Shown here in pieces: positions 23,079 through 34,800 of a DNA stretch of 64,000 bases. Under the pieces are notes generated by a model, which was not told the DNA's origin, searched no databases, and saw only the letters and a program-made list of their open reading frames with translations. The translations under genes and the position numbers were made by a program. Position 1 is the stretch's first letter; every line of letters starts with the position of its first letter. Source of the stretch: a virus. The DNA is taken from the IMG/VR virus record IMGVR_UViG_3300025168_000038, positions 32,001 to 96,000 of that record, one strand, 5' to 3'.

Positions 23079-26000
23079 TTAATTACCAATATACCAACTG
23101 TCAAGTTTCTCAAAAGATTCCCACTTTTGTATGCTTGATAGAATTGGTGCTGCGTCAGCCAAGTTTTTCCAGAACTTTAAGTCTCCTTTTCTTGGTTTAT
23201 TTTGATACACAAGATCACTATCCTCTCTAAACTCTGGGCTATCAAAACCATAATATGATCCATATGCTAAAGTACCTAGACCTACAGAAAAGGCTTCTGC
23301 TAACTCACCAAGAGTTCTTGTAGAAGCAATTGGACTACCAATCATAGCAAAGAGTTCTTGTACACCATCAGGTGATATTGGAACAAACATTACCATTTCT
23401 TTATATGTTCTTTGTGTTTGATATTTTGCAAAGTTCTTTATTTTCTTAACCCATAGCGGCTCATCACCTTCATCATCATCCCATGCATTTTCTAATAGTG
23501 ACATCATCATCATGCTTAATATAATCATAGATGCTTCACCAACAGTTCTATTTATATTACCAACTTTGTTTTGTACTAAAGCTTCCATATCTGAAGCACT
23601 TATTTCCCCACCACTATCTGTTTGATTGTTTTCTCTGACAGAGTTTTTATATTCTGATACTACCTCACTCATTTTTACTTTTCCTGTTGCCACTTGTTTA
23701 AGTGAATATCTAAGAAACTGTAAAGATGATCTATATCTTCCTTCCATCCAACCTAAATTCTGATCATAGTACTGTTGTTGAAATCTAGCTCTCATTGCTG
23801 GTGGAAACCACTTATGAAACTGAAATAGTACTACACCCAACCAATGATTCTGTGCAACCGTTCTATCTATTCTAGCATAGTTACCATGTGTCTGTTTGTT
23901 TACTTCTCTTATTTCATTTCTTATATCAGCAAAGGCTTTAGTAGATTGAGTCAGAGGCCCTCCTATTTCAACTTCTATTCCTGTTACTTTATTAGGAACA
24001 TACTTAATCCACTTTTTATCATATGTAATCTCTTTCTTAACAGGATCCCATTGTGCAGCATCATACATACTAGCACTTGTGCCATCCTTTGCTATAAGCT
24101 GAGTATCAAATAATACAGCAGATCCAATTTTAGTTTGTACAGCATATTCAAATCCATCCTGTAATGTATAACCTATAGCTTTAAATCTTTCCCAAATAGT
24201 TTTTTGTCCAGATGATTCTCTACCAGATTCTCTTATATCTTGACTGTCATCCATCATTCTCCAGAACTCATTTACACCTTCATATTTATTTGTAGGTTTA
24301 TTTGGATCATATGAACGTCCTGCAAAGTTTGTTGCACCTATAGTAGATACATCCACAACCTCTGGAATACCATACATTGCTGTTCTTTTAATAATTCCAG
24401 CCATTCCTTCTGTATTAAACTCTTTTTCTGCCCGCAAGTATGCTTTTCTTGAAAAGAATCTACCACCTATACCTTCTATTGTATTATTGACTTGACCTAA
24501 TACAAAGTTATTTATGTTACCAAAAGGGTTAAAGGCTACATAAGCTAAGGATGAAACTGAAACTAACACCTCAACAAATCTGTCAACAAAACCTTTACTA
24601 TCTTTAGCATTATTATATAATACCATCTTTTGCCACATTCGTGCTCTACGTACTACATTCTTTTGAAGTCCTTCATTACCAGCTTCACCTTTAATATTCC
24701 ATTTTTCTGGTGTAACTTTATCTAACATTCCTGTAACTAAATTTCCTCCTGATTCAATGTATGATCTTTTTTCTAATACTTTTATTAATGCATTAATTGT
24801 ATCTTCTACAGCACCCATAGTCTCAAAATGTTCAGCCATTCTATTAAACTGTAATAAACTATCTGTTAAATCAGTGCTTACCTCACCTATAGTAGGCTGG
24901 CTTCTTTGTTTTTGTACTAAGCCTTCTAATATATTTCTTTGTTTATTATATTCTTTTAGTTTTATCTTTTTGTTTTTATAATCCTCTTTGAGCTGTGTAA
25001 TTTTATTTTCTAACTGAGTAAGTCTTTCTTCTACTCTAGGGTTACCAGTAAAAAATATAGGCATGCTATCCACTCTTTCTCCTAATTCATTAACAACAAC
25101 AGTTTTCTGTTCTGTAGTAGATGTAAATAAATTTTTCATACTTCTACTTGACTTAGCCCACATTCTGGTAAAGAATCCTCCATAAGCGTTTTTCTTTAAG
25201 TCATCTGCAATATTACTTTTTACCAACGGTATACTACCTAACATCTTTTGTCTTGTCTGTGGGGGTAATTTACTAAGCATCTCTCCTTCATACAACTCTA
25301 TAAACATATCATAGTATTCTCTACGTGCTACAGCTAATGCATCATTAACCTTAGGATCCATTATATCTATGTACTTTTGACTTCGCATATCTTCTGGCTT
25401 ACCTGTTTTTGGATCTATAGGTCTAGCTATTAGTCTAGGTTCAATGTAATCTTGCTTTACAGATGGATAAGTTTCATCACGTTTAATTTGACCTGTAGGC
25501 TCACCTGCCTTTTTAAAAGCTTTTACATAATCTGTAGTTCTATAATACTTAGCTCTATATTTAGTGTAGTCATTTTTTGATACACCACTACGCTTTTCCC
25601 AACTAAAAGACCTAGAGTTCCACTCTTCATAAACATTACGCACATCTTTAAACTCTTGTGTATATCTATGATAGTCACCATCTATTGGTTGTTTCTGATC
25701 ATTGATTATTTCAGCTCTCATAAACTGATTCACATTAGTCTTTAATCTAGATAGTTTTTTATTCCATTCTATATCTTTTCTACCTTGAGCTGTCTTTTTT
25801 GCTTCTTCAAGATTTGTAACATCTGCATATTGAAAAGGTACACCCGCTTCATCTTGTGTTGCAGCAAACAAATCTCTACGTCTTTCACGGAATTTTAAAC
25901 TTAATGGTTGTACATATGCATCAGGTTTTAGCTGACCGTTCTCATCAAAATTTAACATGAAATCATAGAGCCTATTTTTAGATACACCAGGTTGAAGTAA

Positions 26001-28868
26001 TCTAAGCTTTTCAGCTGCAGCTATAACTTTGCTATCACGCATAGAAATATTAGTTAATAACTTTTGCATTTGAGCTTTATAGATTTTATCCATTGTTGCT
26101 AATATAGCATCTTTACTTGTTGATAAATCTTTTGAATATAAGGCTGAATTAGATATATCAGGAACTGTTGTTAAAAGGGCTTGAAAGTCTGCCAAAGTAA
26201 ATGTCATACCTGAATGATCTTGAATAATAACTTTATCAGTTGGATCAAAACCATCTCTCATGTTTACTCTAACAACTTCTTCAGCAAAATCAAACAGTGC
26301 TCTATTTACTAATCCTTGTCTATCAATCTTTCTATTAACTACTGAGGCAGGACCATTTAGTTCAATTAATACTGCATTAATATTATTTATTAAATATCTT
26401 TGTGTAGCATTTAATTGTTCTATTAAACCTTTGTTTTGTTTAAAGCTATACAAACCCTCAAAGGTTGTCATAAATCTATTAAAACCTAATACTTTATTAA
26501 TAAAACCATCTTCTTTGACATTATCTGGATTACTAATATAATCTTTGTATTCTTTCATTTGTCTTAATGAATCCTGCAACAATGTTGTATATGTAGTAGA
26601 TATATCTTTATTATTTTCTGGATCAATCAATGCTAGATCTATAATAGCTAAAGTATTATCTATTTGTTCTTTAGCTTCTGCACTACTTCTTTCCATGTAG
26701 ATATTACTTTTTACTTTGTCTAACATTTCTTGTTTAGTAACAATAGCTAATCTATAATCTTTGATTGCACCAAATACAGAACTTAAAGCTACATTTTCAT
26801 ATGGATCTACAACTTCTATGTCTTCCATTAATGCATCTTCTATTTCTTCTTTTCTTGAATCATATGCAATTCCATCAGTACCACCTTCGTCTAATTTTTG
26901 ATCTAGCATTTCTCCTTCAACATTATAAACTGTCTCAGGAATTAAATAGTCTACATTAATACCATTATCCATTTCATTATGCGGAACTGTACTTGTATAT
27001 TCTAGTTTAGGGAGTGTAGATATATCATCATTTATTTGAATATTTATAGTTGATCTAGCAAATTTATCCATATCCACCTTATATCCCATGTTGGTAGCCA
27101 TTCTAGCTATAAGATTTATCTGAATAGCATCTTGTACTCTAAGAGGTAGCTCAGAAACATTATTATTTTTTAATCTGTTACCAGATGCTAATGGAACTAA
27201 GACATCTTCATATCCAGATGCTTGATCAGAATTAATTATATTAATTTTTATAATTTTTAAATTACCAAACTTATCAACTAATACTATATCTGCTTTTGCA
27301 GCAACATTAGTTTTAGGGTCAGAAAAAATAACATTAGTTAATATAACATCACTATCATTTTTGATTGTTACAATATCAGCTTTAATGTTTTCAAATGCTG
27401 CTTGTGCTAATTCTTTGTCCAATGATAAACCTTCAGATATTTCTTCAAAAGTTTTATATGATGCCACTGCATCAACTATAGTACTAATATCATTTTTAAT
27501 TGCTGTAGAAAACTTATCAGTTTTACCTATAACCTCACCAGCTGATTGATATGCTTCTCTTGTATTTATATCATAAAAAGTATTATTGTCTTTGTTAAGA
27601 ACCACTAGGTTGTTAATAAAGTTATTAGGTGTGTTAGCAGATAATGAATCTGATAAAGCAGCTGTTTCTTTTATATTATGAAACATTTCATTAATAACTG
27701 TTTTTTGTTGGTCTGTCCTAGAAGACTTCAAAGCTTGATTTACTAAACTTTGTTTTTCTGGTGTAAGATTATATCTTACTCTACCATTGATAGATTGACC
27801 TGTTTCAAAAGATATACCTGAAGTATTTAATAACTTAGCTACGTCAGACAAAGTTAGATCAGATCTTATTGCTTGTACTGGTAATTTTCTACCAGTTATA
27901 TATTGATTAAGGTTTTCAATTATATTTTTAAACCACTTAAGCAATTCTTCTATACTATTTAAAAAAGACTGTGTAGGACTTTCTTCATACTCTTTATTAA
28001 AATGTCTTGACAAAGCTTGAGTAACTACTTCCATTTCCCTTTCCTCTGCAGTTATATTTCTTTTCTTATTATATGCATCTTCTATTTGTTGAGTCATCTC
28101 AGGAAACATACGTCTAGATTCATCTAATAAAGTTTCATACAATGGAATGTTATCTACCTTTACTGCCTCTATAAAAGGATGTAGCATTTCTTCAATTAGT
28201 ATTTCATCAGTGACTCTACCTTTAATTAAAATAGCATTATTAGCAACATAAAAAGAATTAACCTGTGAAAAAGGTACTTTAGCTTTTCTCCACTGTGGTA
28301 ATAAATCATACTTCTTTTTTGCTTCTGTAGGTGTAAGTAATTGTACACTTACATCAGGAAACATCCTCATTAAATGTTTTACTACTTGCCTTGCTCTAGG
28401 GGTGTCCCAAGATCTTGATTGAGGAAGCATGTCTTTTGCTGTAAATAAATTACTATTAACTGACACTGCATATGTTTTAGGAGTCTTATCTATATTTAAT
28501 GAGTCTGCTGGTAAATTATTAGCCTCTAAATATCTTTTTGCTCTTCTAACATTTGAATCTATTAATGAATCACTTATCTGTAATGTATCTTGATCAGTAT
28601 TATTTATATAGTAAGAACCTTGATGACTATGAATAATCTTTTCTCTACTTAGATTATTTAATAAGGCTTGTCCAAATTCTTTTTGCTTTAAATTGTTTAA
28701 AGCTCTTTTATCTTTAACATATGAAGCAGCCTCTACTACAGTAGGAATTGCATCACTATCAGTTGATTCTTGCCAACTATTAATAACATTAGTAGTTATA
28801 AGATCTGTTTTATAAACTTCTAATAATGCTATATACTCTGCCGTGTTTTTATTTGGACATTTTGCCAT
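23079..28868 (-). CDS. Large polyvalent virion/ejected protein (1929 aa) with degenerate zincin and PD-(D/E)XK-like domains
   Basis: IEEMLHPF (28179-28193) with a downstream EVVTQ; KADIVLVDKFG..KII; C-terminal hydrophobic helices; adjacent to the vRNAP. Confidence 0.7.
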   Translation of the reverse strand: MAKCPNKNTAEYIALLEVYKTDLITTNVINSWQESTDSDAIPTVVEAASYVKDKRALNNLKQKEFGQALLNNLSREKIIHSHQGSYYINNTDQDTLQISDSLIDSNVRRAKRYLEANNLPADSLNIDKTPKTYAVSVNSNLFTAKDMLPQSRSWDTPRARQVVKHLMRMFPDVSVQLLTPTEAKKKYDLLPQWRKAKVPFSQVNSFYVANNAILIKGRVTDEILIEEMLHPFIEAVKVDNIPLYETLLDESRRMFPEMTQQIEDAYNKKRNITAEEREMEVVTQALSRHFNKEYEESPTQSFLNSIEELLKWFKNIIENLNQYITGRKLPVQAIRSDLTLSDVAKLLNTSGISFETGQSINGRVRYNLTPEKQSLVNQALKSSRTDQQKTVINEMFHNIKETAALSDSLSANTPNNFINNLVVLNKDNNTFYDINTREAYQSAGEVIGKTDKFSTAIKNDISTIVDAVASYKTFEEISEGLSLDKELAQAAFENIKADIVTIKNDSDVILTNVIFSDPKTNVAAKADIVLVDKFGNLKIIKINIINSDQASGYEDVLVPLASGNRLKNNNVSELPLRVQDAIQINLIARMATNMGYKVDMDKFARSTINIQINDDISTLPKLEYTSTVPHNEMDNGINVDYLIPETVYNVEGEMLDQKLDEGGTDGIAYDSRKEEIEDALMEDIEVVDPYENVALSSVFGAIKDYRLAIVTKQEMLDKVKSNIYMERSSAEAKEQIDNTLAIIDLALIDPENNKDISTTYTTLLQDSLRQMKEYKDYISNPDNVKEDGFINKVLGFNRFMTTFEGLYSFKQNKGLIEQLNATQRYLINNINAVLIELNGPASVVNRKIDRQGLVNRALFDFAEEVVRVNMRDGFDPTDKVIIQDHSGMTFTLADFQALLTTVPDISNSALYSKDLSTSKDAILATMDKIYKAQMQKLLTNISMRDSKVIAAAEKLRLLQPGVSKNRLYDFMLNFDENGQLKPDAYVQPLSLKFRERRRDLFAATQDEAGVPFQYADVTNLEEAKKTAQGRKDIEWNKKLSRLKTNVNQFMRAEIINDQKQPIDGDYHRYTQEFKDVRNVYEEWNSRSFSWEKRSGVSKNDYTKYRAKYYRTTDYVKAFKKAGEPTGQIKRDETYPSVKQDYIEPRLIARPIDPKTGKPEDMRSQKYIDIMDPKVNDALAVARREYYDMFIELYEGEMLSKLPPQTRQKMLGSIPLVKSNIADDLKKNAYGGFFTRMWAKSSRSMKNLFTSTTEQKTVVVNELGERVDSMPIFFTGNPRVEERLTQLENKITQLKEDYKNKKIKLKEYNKQRNILEGLVQKQRSQPTIGEVSTDLTDSLLQFNRMAEHFETMGAVEDTINALIKVLEKRSYIESGGNLVTGMLDKVTPEKWNIKGEAGNEGLQKNVVRRARMWQKMVLYNNAKDSKGFVDRFVEVLVSVSSLAYVAFNPFGNINNFVLGQVNNTIEGIGGRFFSRKAYLRAEKEFNTEGMAGIIKRTAMYGIPEVVDVSTIGATNFAGRSYDPNKPTNKYEGVNEFWRMMDDSQDIRESGRESSGQKTIWERFKAIGYTLQDGFEYAVQTKIGSAVLFDTQLIAKDGTSASMYDAAQWDPVKKEITYDKKWIKYVPNKVTGIEVEIGGPLTQSTKAFADIRNEIREVNKQTHGNYARIDRTVAQNHWLGVVLFQFHKWFPPAMRARFQQQYYDQNLGWMEGRYRSSLQFLRYSLKQVATGKVKMSEVVSEYKNSVRENNQTDSGGEISASDMEALVQNKVGNINRTVGEASMIILSMMMMSLLENAWDDDEGDEPLWVKKIKNFAKYQTQRTYKEMVMFVPISPDGVQELFAMIGSPIASTRTLGELAEAFSVGLGTLAYGSYYGFDSPEFREDSDLVYQNKPRKGDLKFWKNLADAAPILSSIQKWESFEKLDSWYIGN

Positions 28869-28870
28869 AA

Positions 28871-31800
28871 CTATAAATTACATTTTTTAATTTGATCAAT
28901 TAATTCTTGTGGGCTACCCCACATAGAGTTAGGATTCCTATCATACAAATCTAATAAATCTTCTAAACTATTAATATTATTTTCTCTTTTAAAGTTTTTA
29001 ACCTCTGTACTAAATGAACCATCTTCTATATTGCTATCCCAAAACTCTGTTATTTCAGGATGACTAATAAAAGGATCAAACATATCTAACTGACCTATCA
29101 ACTCCTGTCTATTCTCACTAATAGGAAGCTCTTCTACTTCTAATATACCTAGTTCTTCAGAAGTAATATTGTCTGTTGCCTCTGCAATTGATGCCGCAAT
29201 AGCATCTAATTCTGCAGTGTCTACTATATTTACACTATCTATAATTACTGATTCGTCTGTTACATCCAGATTAATAGATTGATTACGGAATATTTGTGGT
29301 ACAGTTTTACTTGTATCTTCTGTTTCTTTAACAACCTCTGGTGTGCTTTTTGATACTTCAGGTTTCTCCATCATTTGTTTTAGAGTAGGTCTATTACCAA
29401 ACATAAATCCTGCACCAAACTGTAAAGGAGAACCTATCAAATCAACTGATGTTTTTTCTTGATCATTTCTTTGATATATAGTTGATTCTATACCGGTCTG
29501 ACGGTCTATAGTATCCATCCTTTTTATTGCAATTGAATCAGTTTCAGAATTAAACTTTCTTGGTAATAACTTAGCATTAGATGCAGATAGCAAATAGTTT
29601 TCTACAAAAGATGTCGTACCTCCAGCATCTGTAAATTCTTTAGATCTTAAATATTTTTCTGTAGAATTAATTTCAGATAAATAGTCTTCTAGAACATACG
29701 GGCTAATTGATTCTAATAAACCACCCGGTGCTAATTGTAAACCATCTTTAACCATAATATAATTTATAACAGTTTTTGCAAATTGTCTTGTATCAGGGTT
29801 ATTGTATAATTTATTAAATGAGGTTTGTAGATCATATTTTTGTAATCTATTTAGCTTTCTCCATGTGTTTGCTTGAGCTAGATACAAACCTGATCTATTA
29901 CCCTTATCAGTTGGTTTGTATGTTGTAACAAAATCAAATAAAAAGAAATTGCCAGGATCACTTATTCTAAGTTGTTCTACTGCATGCCATACATTACCTT
30001 GTTCATTATCTTGTCCTGGATATAGTATACCGTTACTTAAAGGATTATTTTTATCTATATTTTGATATGCACTTAATGTGACAAATGCTAATACATCTTT
30101 TTTAACTTTTGTTCTAACGGCCTCACTATTCTTATATAAGTTTGTATCTAATCTTCCAACTAATTCTGATGTAATTCTTTTTACACCTGGTGTCTGTGAT
30201 AAAAACATCTTTGGTAAAATATTTACATTTATGTCTGATAGTTGTTCAGATAATCCAGATAGATATGAACTACTCAACATATTTCTTACCTTTATAAAAT
30301 AAGGATTTTTTATAAAATCATTTATGCTTTCTACCCTTTGAGAAATACTATCAATGTTTTTTCCTAATCCATTGTTAAGACTTACTAGACTATTTAATTT
30401 AACCGTAAAATTAGATATAGTAATTACTTTTGCAAAAACCTGTAAGGCCCCTTGTAATTCAAGTACTTCTAAATTATCAGCTACTCCTCTTTCTAAAGCA
30501 TCTTTATCAGGAACTATACCCTTTACTATTTTTCCTTTATCATCTCTTTCTATTAGATCATTTATTCTATCTCCAATAGAAGGAGATATACCATCACTAT
30601 TATCAATTTGTCTATATATATCTTGTATAATTTTTTGATTTAAAAGTAGTATAGAAGTTTCTAACGGAACACCAAGTTGAATCATATTTGATAACATACG
30701 TGTAGCATGAGCGTTCAAACCTAACTTACTTACCAAAAACTCTTTAGCATTGTCTGTCATAGCAACTATTAGAGAAGACATTAAATCTTGTTTTCTCATT
30801 CCGTTTTCATTTAAAGTTCCACCAAAAGACTTATACTCTTTACCATCAAGCTCAAACTTTAAAGTACCTAAACCTATTTTATATTCTTTAAATAAAGACA
30901 AATATAAATTTGGTGAAACTACTGAACCAATTGAAGCACCCTTATTGTTTGTAAAAGCAACAGTTTGTCCAGTAAGGGTATCTATATCTTTACCTGCTTG
31001 GTTAGTTCTTTCTGAAAAACCAGGTAATTTTCTAACACTCTCCCAAACATTCTTTAATAAATCTAAGTTAGACGGTCTATAAGCTATTGGATATGTACCT
31101 GATGTTAAATAATCATTACTTACTAATTGACGTTTATAATCTACTAGTTTATTGCTTACAGGTGCTTCATAAGGAGCCTGCTTATTATCTTTTACAAATT
31201 GATTAAACTCACTTTGAGTAATAGGCATACCTAATACTTTTAAAGCACCAACAGCATTCTTACTAAAGCCAGCATTTTCAGCAGGTGTTTGATCTATATC
31301 AACTAATGAATCAGATATTATAACACCTTGTAGTTTATATAATTTTATAGCTTCAGAATATTGGTTTCCTGTTTCATTAACCTTTTTGTTTACATAATTA
31401 ATATAACTAGAATAATTATTTTCATATGCTTTAAACTCACCTTTCTCTACATAAAACTCCTTCATGTGTATGTATGCTTGATCTATATCAAAATCTGCAC
31501 CAGACACTTCTATAAGTTCATTTGAAAACATTGCTGAACCTCCCATGAAGTTGGGTAAAAAATCTACAACCTTTACATTAAAGGCAGAATGATAGTCTTC
31601 ACTAGGTATACGTACAGCATACATCTCACTAACTACATCAGGTATAGTATTTTTATATCTTCTATATTTACTCTTATAAGCCAATAAGTCATTTACTTCT
31701 TTTGATTGAGGAGGCATAATTGCTTCAGAATATCTTTGACCTTGATATTCACCACCTTTATATTCTTTTAAGTTATATCTTAAACGGTCTACTATAATAA

Positions 31801-34800
31801 CACCTTCAGCTGGTAAAGGATCACCAGTGTTTAATTCTTCAAGGCTTCTATTATCTAATGTAAAGTTTCCATTAAGAAATTCATTTTCTCTTATTACTTC
31901 TTGTCTATCAGGAGTAACTTTACCATTAAAGGTTTCTATACTAAATACTCTTCTGTATACATTCTTTCCTAATGATGATACTAATGCAACACTAGTTCCA
32001 TTTACTTTTTCTTGAAAAACACCTTGACTAAAGTATGTCAAGAACAGCTGTTCATATTTACTTATAGTATAAGGGTTATCTAAATTATATTTAAGTTGAT
32101 TGTTTTCATCAGAACTAAAAAATTCAATTAGATTACTAGTTGATTGACCAGCCTGTAAAGAATTAACTGCATACTTAGAAAACAATACTAAGTTAGGACT
32201 TACTATCTTATTTAATTTTGATGCATCTATTTCTGATCTTACATCTTCTACATTAAATGTTAATTTAACTTTAGCATTATACTTTAATCTTGATCTATAT
32301 TTTAAATCATTATTATAGTTTATAATTGTTTGTTGAATATCCTTATTTCTAGGATCTTGTTCAGATGTGTTTAGAGTTTTCATCTGACTTTGTAAAGTAA
32401 TCTGTTTTTTATTTGATGGATTAATTTGTTGTAAGCCAAAGTACTTAGCATAAATAGTTGTGGCATTGTTTGTAAAACCACTAGGTTGACCATTTAAATC
32501 ACTAATAGGATTTAAATTTTGTTTCATCATTTTTAGTGCTGATTCAGGTGCTGCTATACTTACAGTTTGATTTTCTTTATCTAATTCTTCTAAGTTGACT
32601 CTTAAGTTGTGTAGTTTTTCTTGACCTGGCTTAGCAACCCACATATCATCAGAGTTCTGCATAGATGTTAACTCTTTGGTTAAAGTAGTATAAGACATCT
32701 TTATATATGTTTCACCATCAAAATACGCATACTTTTTAGAATTTAACATGTTGCCTTGAGATATAAGCTCACCAATCTCTTCCCATTGTAGAACTTCTCC
32801 TTGTTCAATTTTATTTAATGCAGCAGCTAATGCTGGTGTCATTTCACCAATACCAAATTGAAAATGTCTAGTGGCTTTTACAGTACCATATACTTGTGCA
32901 TCTGCAATCTGAATAGAATTTGAACTTAATCCAGACATTAATGTTGGCTCATTAAAAGCAACTAAATTTATTTTGTTTGTCTCATGCATTACCCCCAAAC
33001 GTGGGTCAGTTAAATATGTTTCAGCAGGTATAAAAGAGTTATTATTACCCTTTGCTCTTTTACTTTTATCAGTAAAGTCTTTTAAAACTTTAGCTTGATC
33101 ACTTAAATAAAGCTCATTTAATGATTTAACATTTAAGTAATTATTAAAAAACACTTGTTTAAGGTTATAAATAGGATCCATGTCAATTAGATTATACATA
33201 GCTGCAGTTGACTTAGCAGCTTCTTTAACAGCTCCAGTAGTACCTCTACTTATACCACGTACAATTTTCTTATCTATTCTATTTCTAACGTTTAGTGTAT
33301 CTATTAAGTTATCAAACTCATTAAACTTACTATCTAAGTTGGCTTCTAATTGTTTCTTAAATGACTTTTTATTTAGCTTAGCTGCTCTTAAAGCTTGTTC
33401 AAATGCAGCTGGCTCTTCTGAAAGTGCTTCTTTTATTAGCCCGCTTCTAGTATCTATATTTAAAAGTGTCTCATTATTGGCAAATGTTTTTGATCTAAAC
33501 TCTCCAGTGTTATACCCTTCTATTACATCAGTAGTTCTATTTGGACCATTCTCTCTTACTATTCTATTGTACTCATTCTCAACAAAATTATAAAAGGCCT
33601 CTAATACTTCATCAGTAATAACGTCTCTTCCTTGTATTTTTTCTACTGCTTTTATAATAGGTAAAGTTGTTTGATCACCTGTATTTGAAGACTCCATAAC
33701 TCTAATTAAATTTGGAGATATAGCAAATCTACTATCTGTACCATTTACAGGATTCTTAACCAGTACAGATTTCAAAGGTTTTCTATTAAGAGAATTGTAA
33801 AAAGCTAAATAGTTGTTTATGTTAGTAACTAAAAATTCAGCAGGAGTATATTTCCCATAGTCTGTACTCTTTAATGTTAAACTAGATTTTACATCTAAGT
33901 CAGCAGATAAACTTCTTAAAACTTTTGTGCCAGATATTCTAGATATCTTTACTTGATTATTGTCTGCTAAAGCATTAAATGCAGGTGAGTTCAATAAAAA
34001 GTTATTACTTAAATAATCATCCTGTAATAATCTTGCCCTCTCACTTGCAGAGTTTAATGCTCTTGTCTTTCTTAAATTAAATGTTGGTTGTTGATGTGAA
34101 TTAACTAAATCATTATTTGAATTCTTAAATACTGTAGCTCCAATTGTTTCATCAAATGATGCATTACCTAAAGCTAATTTTTTTAATTTGCTTTCTGCTC
34201 CCTCAGGTGAAAATAAATCTACTCCTTCTTTAATCAACTCAAAAAACACCTCTATATCATTAAGTGTCATTGGTTGTACATCAGGATGAAAAGATAGCAA
34301 TTGTTCTTGTGCTTTAGTAAGATTCTCTCTTGCCATAAGCCTACTATAAGACATATAACCTGGACTAATAGAAATACCTAAATTATCAAATAAAAGTTTA
34401 GATAATTTTCTAGATCGTTCATTTAATGCATTGTTTCTTATTGTAGTTTTTTTAGGTCTTAACTCTGTTTGTAATGTAACAAGTGCTTTTAATGCATCCT
34501 TTCTTATATTTAAATCATCTTGCCATAACTGTAGCTTAGATGAATATCCTTCTGACCATGAGTCTAATTGATTATTAGAATCATCTCTTTGAGATGCTGA
34601 ATGAACAATTGAATTACCCAACATATCTCTTTGAGTAAAAAACCACTCTACTCTAAAGTTTGTAAATGAATTAAGTACTTTAATCAAAAAGTTTGGGTTA
34701 GTAATACCTTCAGGAAACTGTTCAAAAGTAAAGTCTTCTGTATAACTCTCTGGCATATTAATACCTGAGTTTTCAAATATTTGGTTTACAACAGCTTCAG

